From: Cytophagaceae bacterium
GTDB lineage: Bacteria > Bacteroidota > Bacteroidia > Cytophagales > UBA9547
Reading direction: 5' to 3'
Length of the DNA stretch: 64,000 nt
Assembly (NCBI GenBank): GCA_027488865.1
Contig: JAIYAU010000022.1
Coordinates: 3,969-67,968 of the forward strand
A model generated the notes under the pieces. That model was not told the origin of the DNA. It saw nothing but the letters and a program-made list of their open reading frames with translations, and made no database searches. Both the position numbers and the translations under genes were made by a program. This document shows, one piece after another, positions 9,170-20,364 of the stretch (position 1 is the stretch's first letter; every line of letters starts with the position of its first letter).

Positions 9170-9598
9170 CTATTTTTTGAATCCTAACACACTCACTCCG
9201 CATTTATCAGAAGCATCTTTTGTATTAAATGTCATGTAATAAATTCCTGTTGCTGTGCATTTGTACCCAATTCCTGGCAAAAAACGATTATTTTTTCGGT
9301 CAAAATTGCTTGCTAATTCCTTTCTACTTCCATCATACAAGGTTACAAGCACTTTAGCCGTTTCATCGGTAGCATCGCCATACATCAATAGGTATTGAGT
9401 ATCTTTACTAAATACATATGAAAATTCAACAGAACCAGATTTATTGCCATCAACTTTATAAGTCTTTAAAAATGTAAAGTCTCCAAGTTTTGAGGCCATT
9501 TTTTCTGCAATCGGATCAGTATTACATTGAGCGTTTGCCAAAGTGTTCGCAAGTGCGATAAACACCAATGTAAAAATAAAAGTTAATATTCTTTTCAT
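9170..9598 (-). CDS. Hypothetical secreted protein
   Basis: 142 aa with an N-terminal signal peptide (…ALANTLANA-Q). It is the last gene of the ABC-transporter operon. Confidence 0.5.
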   Translation of the reverse strand: MKRILTFIFTLVFIALANTLANAQCNTDPIAEKMASKLGDFTFLKTYKVDGNKSGSVEFSYVFSKDTQYLLMYGDATDETAKVLVTLYDGSRKELASNFDRKNNRFLPGIGYKCTATGIYYMTFNTKDASDKCGVSVLGFKK

Positions 9599-9623
9599 GA
9601 CTGTTATAGATTTTTATTAAAAA

Positions 9624-10526
9624 TTAGCCAATTATCTTATTTCTTATTGATTTTGCTTTATTCGAGATATCAATAATTTGTTCTGGAGTAACGTTAATGG
9701 TAGTGGTACTATTATCTGTAACCATCATTATGCCATTTACTTCGGTAATAGTTGGCTCTTTATATTCATGTGTAATTTGAATTTTGTCATAAATTGATTT
9801 TAATTCTTTAAATTCTTTACCTAGGTCAGCAGCTGAAGGATCTGATTTATAAAAATCTAATAACAACAATATCTGATCCAACACGACCTTTTGCTCCCCA
9901 ATCTTAGTTACTAGTTCTTGACTTTTATTATTCTTTACAACTTCAGTTGCAATGTATAGAGCCTCTATCCAACCGCCAGATAACATAAAAGTACTAAGAT
10001 TTCCTCTTTTCTGATCTTGAAGATATCCGTTCATTTTTTCAAAATTATTGGTACTAATGTAAAGCAATGAATCTAGGTTACTGCTATTGGTAGCCATTCT
10101 TTTTAAAGTTGCAATATCAAAAAACTGCCCAATCTTTAAATCTTCAGCAAGACCTGTTATAGAATTTAAGTAAGAAATTGCGTCTTGCTTTTGATTGTAA
10201 ATATTGATATATCCTAGATCAGCTCCATAAATACCCATGTTTAATGCCCTTTTAGCATTGGTAGTATAGTTGGTGCTATTTGTTGTGGCATTCAACATAG
10301 ACGATTGATATTTGGCCCCCACTTCTTTTATCAAAACAGACATCTCAAGAGGAGAAGGAATTGATTTAATTACTTCCAAGGCTAATTCTGATGAAACTTC
10401 CGATGAAGTTTGCTCATTTTTTGAAACCATTAAACTATCAAAAGCATCATCACCGCTTTTGTCTCCGCCATCACATGCACTAAGCATAATTAGGCCTGTA
10501 GTTAGTATTAGAAAAATTTTTTTCAT
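9624..10526 (-). CDS. Hypothetical lipoprotein
   Basis: 300 aa. Signal peptide with lipobox LSAC-D. The mature part is helical-looking. Confidence 0.55.
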   Translation of the reverse strand: MKKIFLILTTGLIMLSACDGGDKSGDDAFDSLMVSKNEQTSSEVSSELALEVIKSIPSPLEMSVLIKEVGAKYQSSMLNATTNSTNYTTNAKRALNMGIYGADLGYINIYNQKQDAISYLNSITGLAEDLKIGQFFDIATLKRMATNSSNLDSLLYISTNNFEKMNGYLQDQKRGNLSTFMLSGGWIEALYIATEVVKNNKSQELVTKIGEQKVVLDQILLLLDFYKSDPSAADLGKEFKELKSIYDKIQITHEYKEPTITEVNGIMMVTDNSTTTINVTPEQIIDISNKAKSIRNKIIG

Positions 10527-10603
10527 GCGTTTAAAAAAGATTTACTTGTAATACGGTCAAATATATAAATAAGTTTAAGTTTTGTATCTAATCTTGATTA
10601 AAA

Positions 10604-13600
10604 TTAATTATTAGATAATTTGTCAAATTTTATAGCCCCAAAACTCTCAATTACTTTTCTGAAAAGATTAAAGTACAGACTAAAATATAGTATCACAAAC
10701 ATGATCCATATCACAATTACGTTAAAATAAAACGTATTGAATAATTTGCCTAAATAATGTTTGGTGGGGGCATACAGGTGAGCACTGCAATTAAGAGCAA
10801 ATACATTAGTTTTAGAATCCCTAAAAATAGGATCAATTTTTTGAATCAATACCCCATTATCCTCGAGTATCTTATTTTTGGAAGTGGTATTTTTAGCTAA
10901 ATCAGCAAGTGATTCATTATAGTAATCTCTTTTTAGGGCATTAAATTTTTCTTTGTTTTCAGGATTGGCCAAGAAAGTAGCTATTTTTTGATCCTTTTCA
11001 TCATTAACCAAAATAAATTTAGAGGAATATAAATCTTTTAGCTGAGTTATGTCTGCCTTAATTTTTTGTACTGCAACAAAGTTGTATTTTTTGGCCAATT
11101 CCAAATTGTTTTTATCCAACTTGAAGTCTTTGTTTACCAAAGCCTCATTTGTAAGTTCGGTCTCTAATAAACTCAAATTTTTCTTTACCTCCTTTTCAAA
11201 CCCATTGTCCTTTTTAGTTATCAATTCTTGTACATTCTCAATTTTTTGGAGTAGAAATGGAGTCCAGTACACATTTTTATAGCTTGCTTCACTTTCAGCT
11301 TTTTCCATGGCGTAAAACAATTTCTCAAACTTGTTATCTCTAAATTGGGTAACAGTTAGTGCCTCAAAAGCCCACCTAGAGGCCATTAAATCGGCAATAA
11401 ATGGTACATTATCTTTACTTGAAATGGCTTTGTTCAATTTATCAAAACTAAAAATCGCCCCACTTAATATCATTTGTGGAATTAATAACAAGGGTATAAG
11501 GATATAGATGGTCACTGCAGAATTAAAAGTGGCTGAAATGTTAAGGCCAAGTATGTTTGCAAAAGATGAGCAGGAAAACAAAACTAACCAATATGCAAAG
11601 GTCATTCCCTTTATACCCAATATCAGGTTACCAAACACTACAAAACTAATGGTTTGCACCGCCGATAAAACCAAAAGAATCATAACCTTCGAATTAATGT
11701 AGCTAAATCGACTTAGGTTTAGAAATGATTCCCTTTTAAGAATTTTCGCATCCTTTATTATTTCTTCAGCACTTACGGTAAGACCCATAAATATTGCCAC
11801 AATTATGCTCATAAATAAATAAGCAGGAATGTTCTCATTTTGGGAAAAATGATAATCCTCATTTGGATTTTCTACATACCTAATGATAAATGCTAATATA
11901 CAAGCCAACAGTGGTGCTTCTAATAGATTAATCATTAAGTACTGAGTATTGGCCAATTTAGAAAGTATATCTCTGGTAATAAAAACTTTGAGCTGATTAA
12001 ATTTAGTCGGAAGCAATAAAAGCTTTTCAGGAATATCCTTAATATCTTGTATTTGATCTTTTTTGAGATCTTTAAAATATCCATTCCAAATTTTGGGCGA
12101 AATCTTCCTTTTGTCAGTAAAATTACCGTATTCGTCTACCACTTTGGCTTCAATCGCATTAAATATAGATTCAGGATTAACATTCCCACATTCTGGACAC
12201 TGGCCTACCTCAGCATTTATTTGATTTGTCTTTTGCTTAAAATAAACAACGGCTTCAACAGGATTTCCATAATATATTTGAAAGCCACCTACATCCATAA
12301 TAATGATTTTGTCAAACATTTTATAGATGTCTGACGAGGGCTGATGAATAACCACAAAAATCAATTTGCCTTTTAAAGTTAGCTCTTTTAAAAGATCCAT
12401 TACGTTTTCTGAATCTCTAGAAGATAAACCAGAGGTAGGCTCATCCAAAAACATAATAGCTGGTTCTCTTATTAGTTCAAGAGCTATATTAAGCCGTTTT
12501 CGTTGTCCACCAGAAATTTTTTTATTAAGTACATTCCCTACTTTGATGTCCTTGATTTCAGCAAGTCCCAGATCTTTGAGTGTTTGAAGTACCCTTTTAT
12601 TTATTTCAAGGTCACTAATATTTCCAAAACACAACTTGGCATTATAGAAAAGGTTTTGATAAACTGAGAGTTCTTCAAAAAGAATATCATCTTGGGCAAC
12701 GTAGCCAATCATCCCTTCAATTTTCTCAGATTCCTTATGAATTTCAAGACCATTAATTAAGATTTCTCCTTTTGAGGGCTTTTCAAGTCCTGCAAGCACG
12801 TTCAACAAGGTGGTTTTGCCGGCACCTGAGCCACCCATAATACCCAATAACTTTCCTGGTCCTTCAGAAATATTAACATCATTTAATCCAATTTTTCCAT
12901 TAGGAAATTGATATTCAATATTTTTAGCATTAAAAGATAGCGGTTGTATCTTTAAGTCACGCATGAACTGAGAAACAATGTCGCTGTAATAAATTGGAGT
13001 TCCGTGTTGCAACTTTATGGTACTTCCGTAAGCAAATAGGTTTATTTGCCCTGAATTAATCGGTAATCCATTTAGCAAAACCGTAACATGTCCAGTATAT
13101 TTAAGAAAATACATGTCAACACTCTTTATTTGGATAATACCAATAAGTCCGTGCATGTCATGTTGTGAAATAATTTTTATTTGACTATCTTCCTTTAGAG
13201 TTAAGTTCTCTCCAATCAACAGAAGGTGTTGACTTTCAATATATTCGTTTACCTCATTTTGTAGAATAAAGTTTTCGATTAGTTTATATTCATCAGATAA
13301 AATATTAAATACCGTAGAAACAGTATCAATAATTTGCATTTTTTGACGCGGAAATGCCCTATCAGCTCCAACTAACTCCAGTAGACGGATTAGAACAATT
13401 ATCTTTTGTTTTTGAGTAAGTGTTTTGTTAATCTTTTTGCAAATGGCAAGTGTTTTTACGGAGTCTTTTACGGAAGTCAGTCTTTTTTTCTTTTCATCAT
13501 CTGCAGCTACTTCTCCTTCATTTAAAAACTGATTGTAAAGTTCAAGATATTCTTGCACCAATTCAGGACTTAATTGTTGCTTTAGAAATACATGTACAAA

Positions 13601-13687
13601 GTTCCTTTCATTGTCAGTAACGCCCTCATCCTGTTTGGTTATGATGGCAAAAAGTTGCATTAAGGCCTTTAATATTTCCTCACTCAT
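10604..13687 (-). CDS. Fused ABC transporter ATP-binding/permease protein (ABCG/ABC-2 type) with long N-terminal regulatory extension
   Basis: 1027 aa. Walker A is GGSGAGKTT, signature is ISGGQRKRLNIA, Walker B is IMFLDEPTSGLS. An ABC-2-like membrane domain follows. An N-terminal extension of about 270 aa precedes the NBD, and the C-terminal tail ends in a TM helix. Confidence 0.85.
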   Translation of the reverse strand: MSEEILKALMQLFAIITKQDEGVTDNERNFVHVFLKQQLSPELVQEYLELYNQFLNEGEVAADDEKKKRLTSVKDSVKTLAICKKINKTLTQKQKIIVLIRLLELVGADRAFPRQKMQIIDTVSTVFNILSDEYKLIENFILQNEVNEYIESQHLLLIGENLTLKEDSQIKIISQHDMHGLIGIIQIKSVDMYFLKYTGHVTVLLNGLPINSGQINLFAYGSTIKLQHGTPIYYSDIVSQFMRDLKIQPLSFNAKNIEYQFPNGKIGLNDVNISEGPGKLLGIMGGSGAGKTTLLNVLAGLEKPSKGEILINGLEIHKESEKIEGMIGYVAQDDILFEELSVYQNLFYNAKLCFGNISDLEINKRVLQTLKDLGLAEIKDIKVGNVLNKKISGGQRKRLNIALELIREPAIMFLDEPTSGLSSRDSENVMDLLKELTLKGKLIFVVIHQPSSDIYKMFDKIIIMDVGGFQIYYGNPVEAVVYFKQKTNQINAEVGQCPECGNVNPESIFNAIEAKVVDEYGNFTDKRKISPKIWNGYFKDLKKDQIQDIKDIPEKLLLLPTKFNQLKVFITRDILSKLANTQYLMINLLEAPLLACILAFIIRYVENPNEDYHFSQNENIPAYLFMSIIVAIFMGLTVSAEEIIKDAKILKRESFLNLSRFSYINSKVMILLVLSAVQTISFVVFGNLILGIKGMTFAYWLVLFSCSSFANILGLNISATFNSAVTIYILIPLLLIPQMILSGAIFSFDKLNKAISSKDNVPFIADLMASRWAFEALTVTQFRDNKFEKLFYAMEKAESEASYKNVYWTPFLLQKIENVQELITKKDNGFEKEVKKNLSLLETELTNEALVNKDFKLDKNNLELAKKYNFVAVQKIKADITQLKDLYSSKFILVNDEKDQKIATFLANPENKEKFNALKRDYYNESLADLAKNTTSKNKILEDNGVLIQKIDPIFRDSKTNVFALNCSAHLYAPTKHYLGKLFNTFYFNVIVIWIMFVILYFSLYFNLFRKVIESFGAIKFDKLSNN

Positions 13688-13885
13688 ATTTCAATATTTT
13701 GAAAAATTCCAATTCTCAAATTTATATTCCCTCAGTCTAGGATTTTTAGCTTTAAAAACTAATGTTAATTTTGCATGTTGTAAAAAAGCACCTCCAAACC
13801 AAAATGAAATTTTTCTAAGTTAGTTTTCTAAATCTTAGGTACGTTTCGGCTCAATTCTTTGTTACAAATATCCAATTAAAAGATA

Positions 13886-14902
13886 ATGAAAGTTTTAAAC
13901 AATATTTCCCTTCAAGAGCACAATACATTTGGTATCAAATCTAATGCTTTAAAATTTACTGAAGTTGAAACTTTATACGAATTAACAGAAATTTTGACTA
14001 ATAAAGAATTTGAAAATGAAAATATACTAATTCTTGGTGGAGGTAGTAACATTTTATTTACGCAAGACTTTGATGGGTTGGTTATTAAAATCAAAATTAG
14101 AGGATTTGAAGTGTTGAACCAAGATGATGATGAAGTGTTTGTGAAGGTAGGTGCAGGCGAAATGTGGCACGATTTGGTTCTATTTGCTTTAGACAACAAC
14201 TGGGGTGGTTTGGAAAATCTTTCCCTAATACCAGGCACTGTTGGTGCAGCACCCATTCAAAATATTGGGGCTTATGGAGTGGAACTAAAAGATAGTTTTG
14301 AATATCTGGAAGCAATTGATATTAAAACACTTAGTTTAGTTAAATTTGAGAAAGATCAATGTAAATTTGGCTACAGAGACAGCATTTTTAAAAATGAAGC
14401 CAAAGGTAAATTTGTAATTATTTCAGTAGTATTCAAGTTATCAAAAACACCAAAGATTAATACAACCTATGGTGCAATAAATGAAGTATTACAACAAAAA
14501 AATATTCTTAATCCTACCATCAGAGATGTTAGCGAGGTTGTATGTGCCATAAGACAATCTAAGTTACCTAATCCAGCTGTAATCGGGAATGCTGGAAGCT
14601 TTTTTAAGAATCCTAACATCACTTTTGAACATTACGAGTTACTAAAAAATCTCTACAAAGATATGCCTGTCCATCCAGTAAGTGACACCCATGTTAAAAT
14701 ACCCGCTGGATGGCTTATAGAACAATGTGGATGGAAAGGTAAAACCTTTTCAAATTATGGGGTTCACAAGAATCAAGCTTTGGTGTTAGTAAACTATGGT
14801 GGTGCGCTTGGTAAAAATATTGTAGAATTAAGTAAAAATATCCAAAATGATATTTATTTAAAGTACCAAATTGAACTAGAAGTGGAGGTAAATTTTATTT
14901 AA
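13886..14902 (+). CDS. murB: UDP-N-acetylenolpyruvoylglucosamine reductase
   Basis: 338 aa. NTFGI..., ILGGGSNILF (FAD binding) and the C-terminal GNAGSFFKNP...PAGWLIEQCGWKG are MurB hallmarks. Confidence 0.9.
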   Translation: MKVLNNISLQEHNTFGIKSNALKFTEVETLYELTEILTNKEFENENILILGGGSNILFTQDFDGLVIKIKIRGFEVLNQDDDEVFVKVGAGEMWHDLVLFALDNNWGGLENLSLIPGTVGAAPIQNIGAYGVELKDSFEYLEAIDIKTLSLVKFEKDQCKFGYRDSIFKNEAKGKFVIISVVFKLSKTPKINTTYGAINEVLQQKNILNPTIRDVSEVVCAIRQSKLPNPAVIGNAGSFFKNPNITFEHYELLKNLYKDMPVHPVSDTHVKIPAGWLIEQCGWKGKTFSNYGVHKNQALVLVNYGGALGKNIVELSKNIQNDIYLKYQIELEVEVNFI

Positions 14903-15086
14903 TAGAAGCTTATCAGATTGGATTCACTCGTCCATAGTTATTGTTTTGTCAAAATTGTTTTTTTAGAAATTAGTCTAACAGTAATTCACCTCCGACAAAC
15001 CAAAATTCCACCTAGTTTAACAAATTAAGCAGTTATACTTAATCGAATTCATAAAAGGCTTTTTATAAAAACACGTAAAATGAATT

Positions 15087-15761
15087 ATGAAAAGTGAAAA
15101 GATGAGGATATTGATTTTATTTATTGTTGCTGTTTTTTCGTGTTATTCTCAAACGTTGAAATCAATAGCATGGAATTCAAAAACTGGCAAATATGTAGAT
15201 AAGGTGTCTGGTTTAGTTCTTGAAGAAATAGTTGAACATAAGGGCAGGATAAAAAGTCCACTTTTAACTATCAGCTACAGTTCAGTAACTTCATCTGAAG
15301 GACTTGATTTTTCAATAAAACATAGATATTTAAAGCCAAATTATACCTTCCTCGAAAGCCATTCTGGCGTTACGTTTGGGTTGCATGAAGGATACGTTTA
15401 CCTCAAATATTATTATGAAAATGATGCAGGCGATGTTTTCCAAATGGTTCAAAGCCATATTTGGAAAACACCCGTAGACAGTCTTTTTCACCATTATAGA
15501 TTTGTATTTGATAACAACACAAAAGAGGCAAGGATAATAGTAGATTGCAAAACTATTTGGCGATTTTCAGCTGAAAACCATAGTAAAATATTTTGGCATG
15601 AAGACGATAAAATCATCTTGTGTGAAGGTAATATACACCATACCAACCAAACCCATTTTGACCTAATCAATTTCACCATAAGAGAAAAAGACAATGGTTC
15701 TGCATTTGTTTTTGATGAATGTTATAACAACTCATTGAATAGTGCTCTTATTGCAAAATAA
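15087..15761 (+). CDS. Hypothetical secreted protein
   Basis: 224-aa ORF with a signal peptide. No family recognised. Confidence 0.4.
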   Translation: MKSEKMRILILFIVAVFSCYSQTLKSIAWNSKTGKYVDKVSGLVLEEIVEHKGRIKSPLLTISYSSVTSSEGLDFSIKHRYLKPNYTFLESHSGVTFGLHEGYVYLKYYYENDAGDVFQMVQSHIWKTPVDSLFHHYRFVFDNNTKEARIIVDCKTIWRFSAENHSKIFWHEDDKIILCEGNIHHTNQTHFDLINFTIREKDNGSAFVFDECYNNSLNSALIAK

Positions 15762-15820
15762 CAAAAAGCCTCTTTGGATGGAGTCATTCGAAATTTCTTA
15801 AAATCTTTAAAGTTGATAAA

Positions 15821-17899
15821 TTATTTATTAAAATTTATCAATCCTTCATTTAAAAAATTTAAAAAATTTTGGCTGTTTAAATCAAATGAATAAGGTTCCT
15901 TTGTCAATTTGTTACCATTGGTGTCTAAAATAACATAAAATGGTTGGGCATTTACACCAAAATTCATAATTTGATAATCTGCCCATTTTGACCCTAAGGA
16001 TTTTTTCATCCTTCCATCATATTTAGACTTATACCATTCATTGTCAGGTAGTATTGTTTTATCATCTACATATAATGAGACGAAAACAAATTTATCTCTT
16101 AACATTGATCTTACATCCGTTTGGGTAAACACATTTTCCTCCATTAGTCGACAATTAGCACAACCATGACCAGTAAAATCAATAAAAATAGGCTTATTTA
16201 ATTTTTTTGAACAAGCTAGAGCTTGTTCCATGTCAAAATAAGATGGAATACCCTCAATTGAATGAAGAATATTCCCATATTTGGGTTTCTCACACATTCC
16301 ATTATCATCATCCAATTCAATATTTCTACCAAATTTGAATTCTTGAGAATGTAAAGGAGGCAAATATCCTGCAAGTGCCTTCAAAGGCGACCCAAACAAG
16401 CCAGGCAATAGATAAACTGCAATTATCAAAAATAGAGTTGCGAACAATACACGAGGTACCGAAAGGCCATTTAGCTCGCTGTCGTTTTTCATTTTAAATA
16501 ATCCAAATAAATAACCGCTTATTATAAATGAAATGGCCACATGAATAGCGATAAATAATTCTCTGGACATGATATCCCAATGATACGCCAAATCTGCTTG
16601 AATAAAAAACTTAAAAGCCAACGCCAACTCAATAAAGCCAAGTGACACCTTTACGGTATTCAACCATCCACCACTTTTAGGTAATGAACTCAGCCATGAG
16701 GGGAAAATAGCAAACAAACCAAATGGAATTGCAAAAGCTAAAGAATATGCAAACATTCCCAAAATGGGCCTTAAAAATTCACCATTAGCAGCACCCGCTA
16801 ACAAACTAGCGGCAATTGGGCCAGTACATGAAAATGACACCAAAACCAAAGCGAATGCCATAAAAAAAACACCCAAATAACCTCCTTTGTCGGATTGTGC
16901 ATCTACAGAATTAATAAACCCATTTGGTAGGGTAATCTCAAATAAACCTAAAAAGGACATACCAAAAACAAAAAACACGACAAAAAATAATAAGTTAAAA
17001 TACCAACTGGTACTTAAACTATTTAAAGAATCTGTACCAAATAATAGAGCCACTAAAAGCCCTATAAAAGTATAAATAAAAATAATTGATAAAGAATAAA
17101 ATAAGGCTTGTAATTTAGCCTTACGCTTATTTTCAGAAGCTTTCACGAAAAAGGTGACTGTCATTGGTATTAATGGGTAGACACAAGGTGTCATAAGCGC
17201 TAATAATCCTCCACCAAATGCTATTAATAAGAAACTCCAGATAGAACTAGTAGATTTATTAATAACTTTAATGGGTGTAACACCTTTTCTCGTGGCAATT
17301 GAATCCTTTTTAATAAAATTGCTATCGTTAGAAATAATATTAATAATACCTTTAACAGTATCCTCCTTAGGTTTAACGGTATTTATCCCATTTTCTCTTT
17401 GTTCTGTTTTAGAAACGTTAACAAAAAGCCTAAAATCAAATAATTTCGTAAACAATCTACAATTGCCATCCTTAAGTGTACAAGTTTGACCTGTAATAAC
17501 TCCAACAATTTTGGGATATTTACTTGTTATTTTTATTCTTTGTTTAAACGTGGCATTACCTACATTAATGGGGATATCGGCATCAAATACATCGTCATGC
17601 TTTATTTTGGAAGTTGTGCATTTTAAACTGCCTATTAATTTTACACCATTCAATGTATCAAATTGTAATTCTGTTGGATTAGGTCCAAGATCAATAAAAT
17701 CACTTCCATATATGTAATACTTATCATCAATAACAGCATTAAAAATTAAATCAACCTCATCACCTAATTTTGGTGTAGTATTAGAACTGGTAAAATTCCA
17801 CTTAACAGGTTCTAATAATGTATTCTTATCAAATTTTTCTTGTGCGTTTCCGCAGGAATATAGCAGAACTACAAATAGTAGTAATAGAAATTTTTTCAT
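15821..17899 (-). CDS. Thiol:disulfide interchange protein DsbD-like (DsbD transmembrane core plus C-terminal thioredoxin-like domain)
   Basis: 692 aa. TM core has the MTPCVYPLIP and FSCTGP motifs. C-terminal FIDFTGHGCANCR is a thioredoxin CxxC. Confidence 0.85.
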   Translation of the reverse strand: MKKFLLLLFVVLLYSCGNAQEKFDKNTLLEPVKWNFTSSNTTPKLGDEVDLIFNAVIDDKYYIYGSDFIDLGPNPTELQFDTLNGVKLIGSLKCTTSKIKHDDVFDADIPINVGNATFKQRIKITSKYPKIVGVITGQTCTLKDGNCRLFTKLFDFRLFVNVSKTEQRENGINTVKPKEDTVKGIINIISNDSNFIKKDSIATRKGVTPIKVINKSTSSIWSFLLIAFGGGLLALMTPCVYPLIPMTVTFFVKASENKRKAKLQALFYSLSIIFIYTFIGLLVALLFGTDSLNSLSTSWYFNLLFFVVFFVFGMSFLGLFEITLPNGFINSVDAQSDKGGYLGVFFMAFALVLVSFSCTGPIAASLLAGAANGEFLRPILGMFAYSLAFAIPFGLFAIFPSWLSSLPKSGGWLNTVKVSLGFIELALAFKFFIQADLAYHWDIMSRELFIAIHVAISFIISGYLFGLFKMKNDSELNGLSVPRVLFATLFLIIAVYLLPGLFGSPLKALAGYLPPLHSQEFKFGRNIELDDDNGMCEKPKYGNILHSIEGIPSYFDMEQALACSKKLNKPIFIDFTGHGCANCRLMEENVFTQTDVRSMLRDKFVFVSLYVDDKTILPDNEWYKSKYDGRMKKSLGSKWADYQIMNFGVNAQPFYVILDTNGNKLTKEPYSFDLNSQNFLNFLNEGLINFNK

Positions 17900-17964
17900 A
17901 ATGCAAAAATATCAAATCATACTTACTATAATGTCACTTTTAAGACAATTAGTTCAAAATAGAC

Positions 17965-17998
17965 ATAAAAAAAGGGCTACCAAAACAGGAAGCCCTCT
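17965..17998 (-). terminator. Rho-independent terminator after rplQ
   Basis: On the minus strand the stem AGGGCT...AGCCCT is followed by T7-8. It lies about 25 nt downstream of the rplQ stop. Confidence 0.7.
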
Positions 17999-18021
17999 TA
18001 AAACAATTATAATCTAGAAAC

Positions 18022-18666
18022 TTAAACCTCTTTGTCATCCTTTTTAGACGAGTCATCAGTATCATCCATATCATTAGCAGCAGATTCACTTTCATCAGTT
18101 GACAATGTTTCATTGTTTTCAACAGTTTCATTTAATTCTTCTGCCAAAGTAGCTGATGTCACCGTTTCTTCAGCCTGCTCCTGCTTATCAACAATATCCT
18201 CTTTAGATGTAGCAACTTCTGTAACCTCCGCTTTCTTGGTAGTAGAGGAACCCCTCCTGCTTCTTCTTGTAGTTTTTGTTTTAGATTCAGAATCTTTCAA
18301 TAGAAGTTCGTTGTAATCAACTAGTTCTATAATACATACGTCAGCATTATCTCCCAACCTGTTTCCTAGCTTGATTATTCTAGTGTATCCTCCTGGTCGA
18401 CTACTGATCTTTTCAGCTACATTATCAAACAATTCTTTTACAGAGTCTTTATTCTGTAAGTATGAAAACACTACCCTTCTTGAATTAGTAGAATCTTCCT
18501 TAGATTTGGTAAGCAAAGGTTCTACATACTTCCTTAACTCCTTTGCTTTGGCGACCGTTGTAGTTATTCTCTTGTGCAATATCAGAGAAGAAGCCATATT
18601 TGAAAGCAATGCTCTTCTATGGCTAGTTGTTCTACCTAAATGGTTATCTGTTTTACCGTGTCTCAT
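18022..18666 (-). CDS. rplQ: 50S ribosomal protein L17 with long acidic low-complexity C-terminal extension
   Basis: [25 protein letters not shown]... is canonical L17. It is the last gene of the alpha operon. Confidence 0.95.
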   Translation of the reverse strand: MRHGKTDNHLGRTTSHRRALLSNMASSLILHKRITTTVAKAKELRKYVEPLLTKSKEDSTNSRRVVFSYLQNKDSVKELFDNVAEKISSRPGGYTRIIKLGNRLGDNADVCIIELVDYNELLLKDSESKTKTTRRSRRGSSTTKKAEVTEVATSKEDIVDKQEQAEETVTSATLAEELNETVENNETLSTDESESAANDMDDTDDSSKKDDKEV

Positions 18667-18713
18667 TTTATTCTTAAATAATGGTGGTAAACCACCAATA
18701 AAGTTTATTCAAA

Positions 18714-19703
18714 TTAGTCTTCGTCCAATTTATATTTGGCCAAATCCATTCCAAAAGTTAAATTTTTGTCCGCTATTAATTGCTCTAATTCTGTAAGGGA
18801 TTTTTTACCAAAATTCCTAAACTTCATCATATCTGAAACCTCAAGCCTTGCCAAGTCTCCTAGTGTTTTGATATCAGCAGCTTTCAAACAATTGTAGGCA
18901 CGAACCGAAAGATCCAAATCCGCAATATTTGTCTTTAACAATTTACGCATATGCAATATTTCCTCATCTACTACCTCTTCTTCTTCATGTTTAACCTTTT
19001 CAAAGGTCATCGTTTGATCAGAGAACAACATAAAATGTTGAATTAAGATGTTTGCAGAACTTTTTAGAGCATCCTCAGGGTGAATAGAACCATCAGTTTT
19101 AATGTCTATTACCAATTTCTCATAATCGGTCTTTTGTTCTACACGAGTATTTTCAATATGATACTTTACATTTTTTATTGGTGTAAAAATAGCATCAATA
19201 GGAATAACACCAAAAACTTGCTCCGAAGGTTTATTTTCTTCAGCGGGAACATATCCTCTACCCTTCTCAATAGAAAGTTCAATATCAAAGGATACATTTT
19301 CATCTAAGTTGCAAATTACCAAATCCGGATTTAAAATAACATATGACGATGTAAAGTCTGAAATATCCGAAGCCTTAAAAACCTTTTTACCCTTTAAAGA
19401 TACTACTATTCTATTATCAGCCAAATCGGCTACCTTTTTAAATCTTACCTGTTTCAGATTTAATATAATCTCCGTAACATCCTCAACCACACCAGGAACA
19501 GTGGAGAATTCATGTAACACACCAGGTATTTTTATGCTAGTGATAGCATAACCCTCTAAAGAAGATAATAAAATTCTTCTTAAAGCATTACCAATAGTGA
19601 CGCCAAAACCCCTTTCTAATGGTTTGAACTCAAACAGACCTTGAAAATCATCTGCCTTTTCCATCACCACCCTGTCGGGCATTTGAAATGTTAATATTGA
19701 CAT
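18714..19703 (-). CDS. rpoA: DNA-directed RNA polymerase subunit alpha
   Basis: 329 aa. [10 protein letters not shown] motif, and a C-terminal domain with [10 protein letters not shown]. Confidence 0.97.
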   Translation of the reverse strand: MSILTFQMPDRVVMEKADDFQGLFEFKPLERGFGVTIGNALRRILLSSLEGYAITSIKIPGVLHEFSTVPGVVEDVTEIILNLKQVRFKKVADLADNRIVVSLKGKKVFKASDISDFTSSYVILNPDLVICNLDENVSFDIELSIEKGRGYVPAEENKPSEQVFGVIPIDAIFTPIKNVKYHIENTRVEQKTDYEKLVIDIKTDGSIHPEDALKSSANILIQHFMLFSDQTMTFEKVKHEEEEVVDEEILHMRKLLKTNIADLDLSVRAYNCLKAADIKTLGDLARLEVSDMMKFRNFGKKSLTELEQLIADKNLTFGMDLAKYKLDED

Positions 19704-19732
19704 ATATCTTAATTTAAGAGAAAAACAATGAA

Positions 19733-20338
19733 TTATTTAGAATACAATTCGACGATTAACTGCTCGTTGATGTTTTCTGTTATTTGTTCCCTTTCAGGGA
19801 TTGAAATCATTTTACCACTCATTAAAGCATTATCCCACTCTAACCAAGCATATTTTTTTACACCACGTAATGATAGTGATTGAGTAACAACTTCCAGAGA
19901 TTTAGATCTTTCTCTTACCGCAATCACATCTCCTACTTTAACAGTAAATGAAGGAATATTAACTAATTCACCATTTACAGTTATATGTTTGTGCAAGCAC
20001 AATTGGCGAGCCGCTCTTCTTGTTTGGGCAATTCCCAATCTATAAACAACATTATCCAATCTTGCTTCAAGAAGTCTTAACAAGTTCAAACCAGTTATCC
20101 CTCCTTTCCTTGCAGCAGTATCAAATGTTTTTGCAAATTGACGCTCTAAAACACCATAAATATATTTTGCCTTCTGTTTTTCATTTAACTGAATAGCGTA
20201 TTCAGACTGCTTTCTCTTACGACCTTTACCATGCTGTCCTGGCGCGTAATTTTTTCTTTGTAAAGCTTTACTGTTCCCTAAAATGGGCTCATTAAACCTT
20301 CTTGATATTCTAGATTTTGGACCTGTGTACCTTGCCAT
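19733..20338 (-). CDS. rpsD: 30S ribosomal protein S4
   Basis: [15 protein letters not shown]...; position in the cluster. Confidence 0.97.
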   Translation of the reverse strand: MARYTGPKSRISRRFNEPILGNSKALQRKNYAPGQHGKGRKRKQSEYAIQLNEKQKAKYIYGVLERQFAKTFDTAARKGGITGLNLLRLLEARLDNVVYRLGIAQTRRAARQLCLHKHITVNGELVNIPSFTVKVGDVIAVRERSKSLEVVTQSLSLRGVKKYAWLEWDNALMSGKMISIPEREQITENINEQLIVELYSK

Positions 20339-20364
20339 TTATACTAAATTTGTCAGTAAATAAA

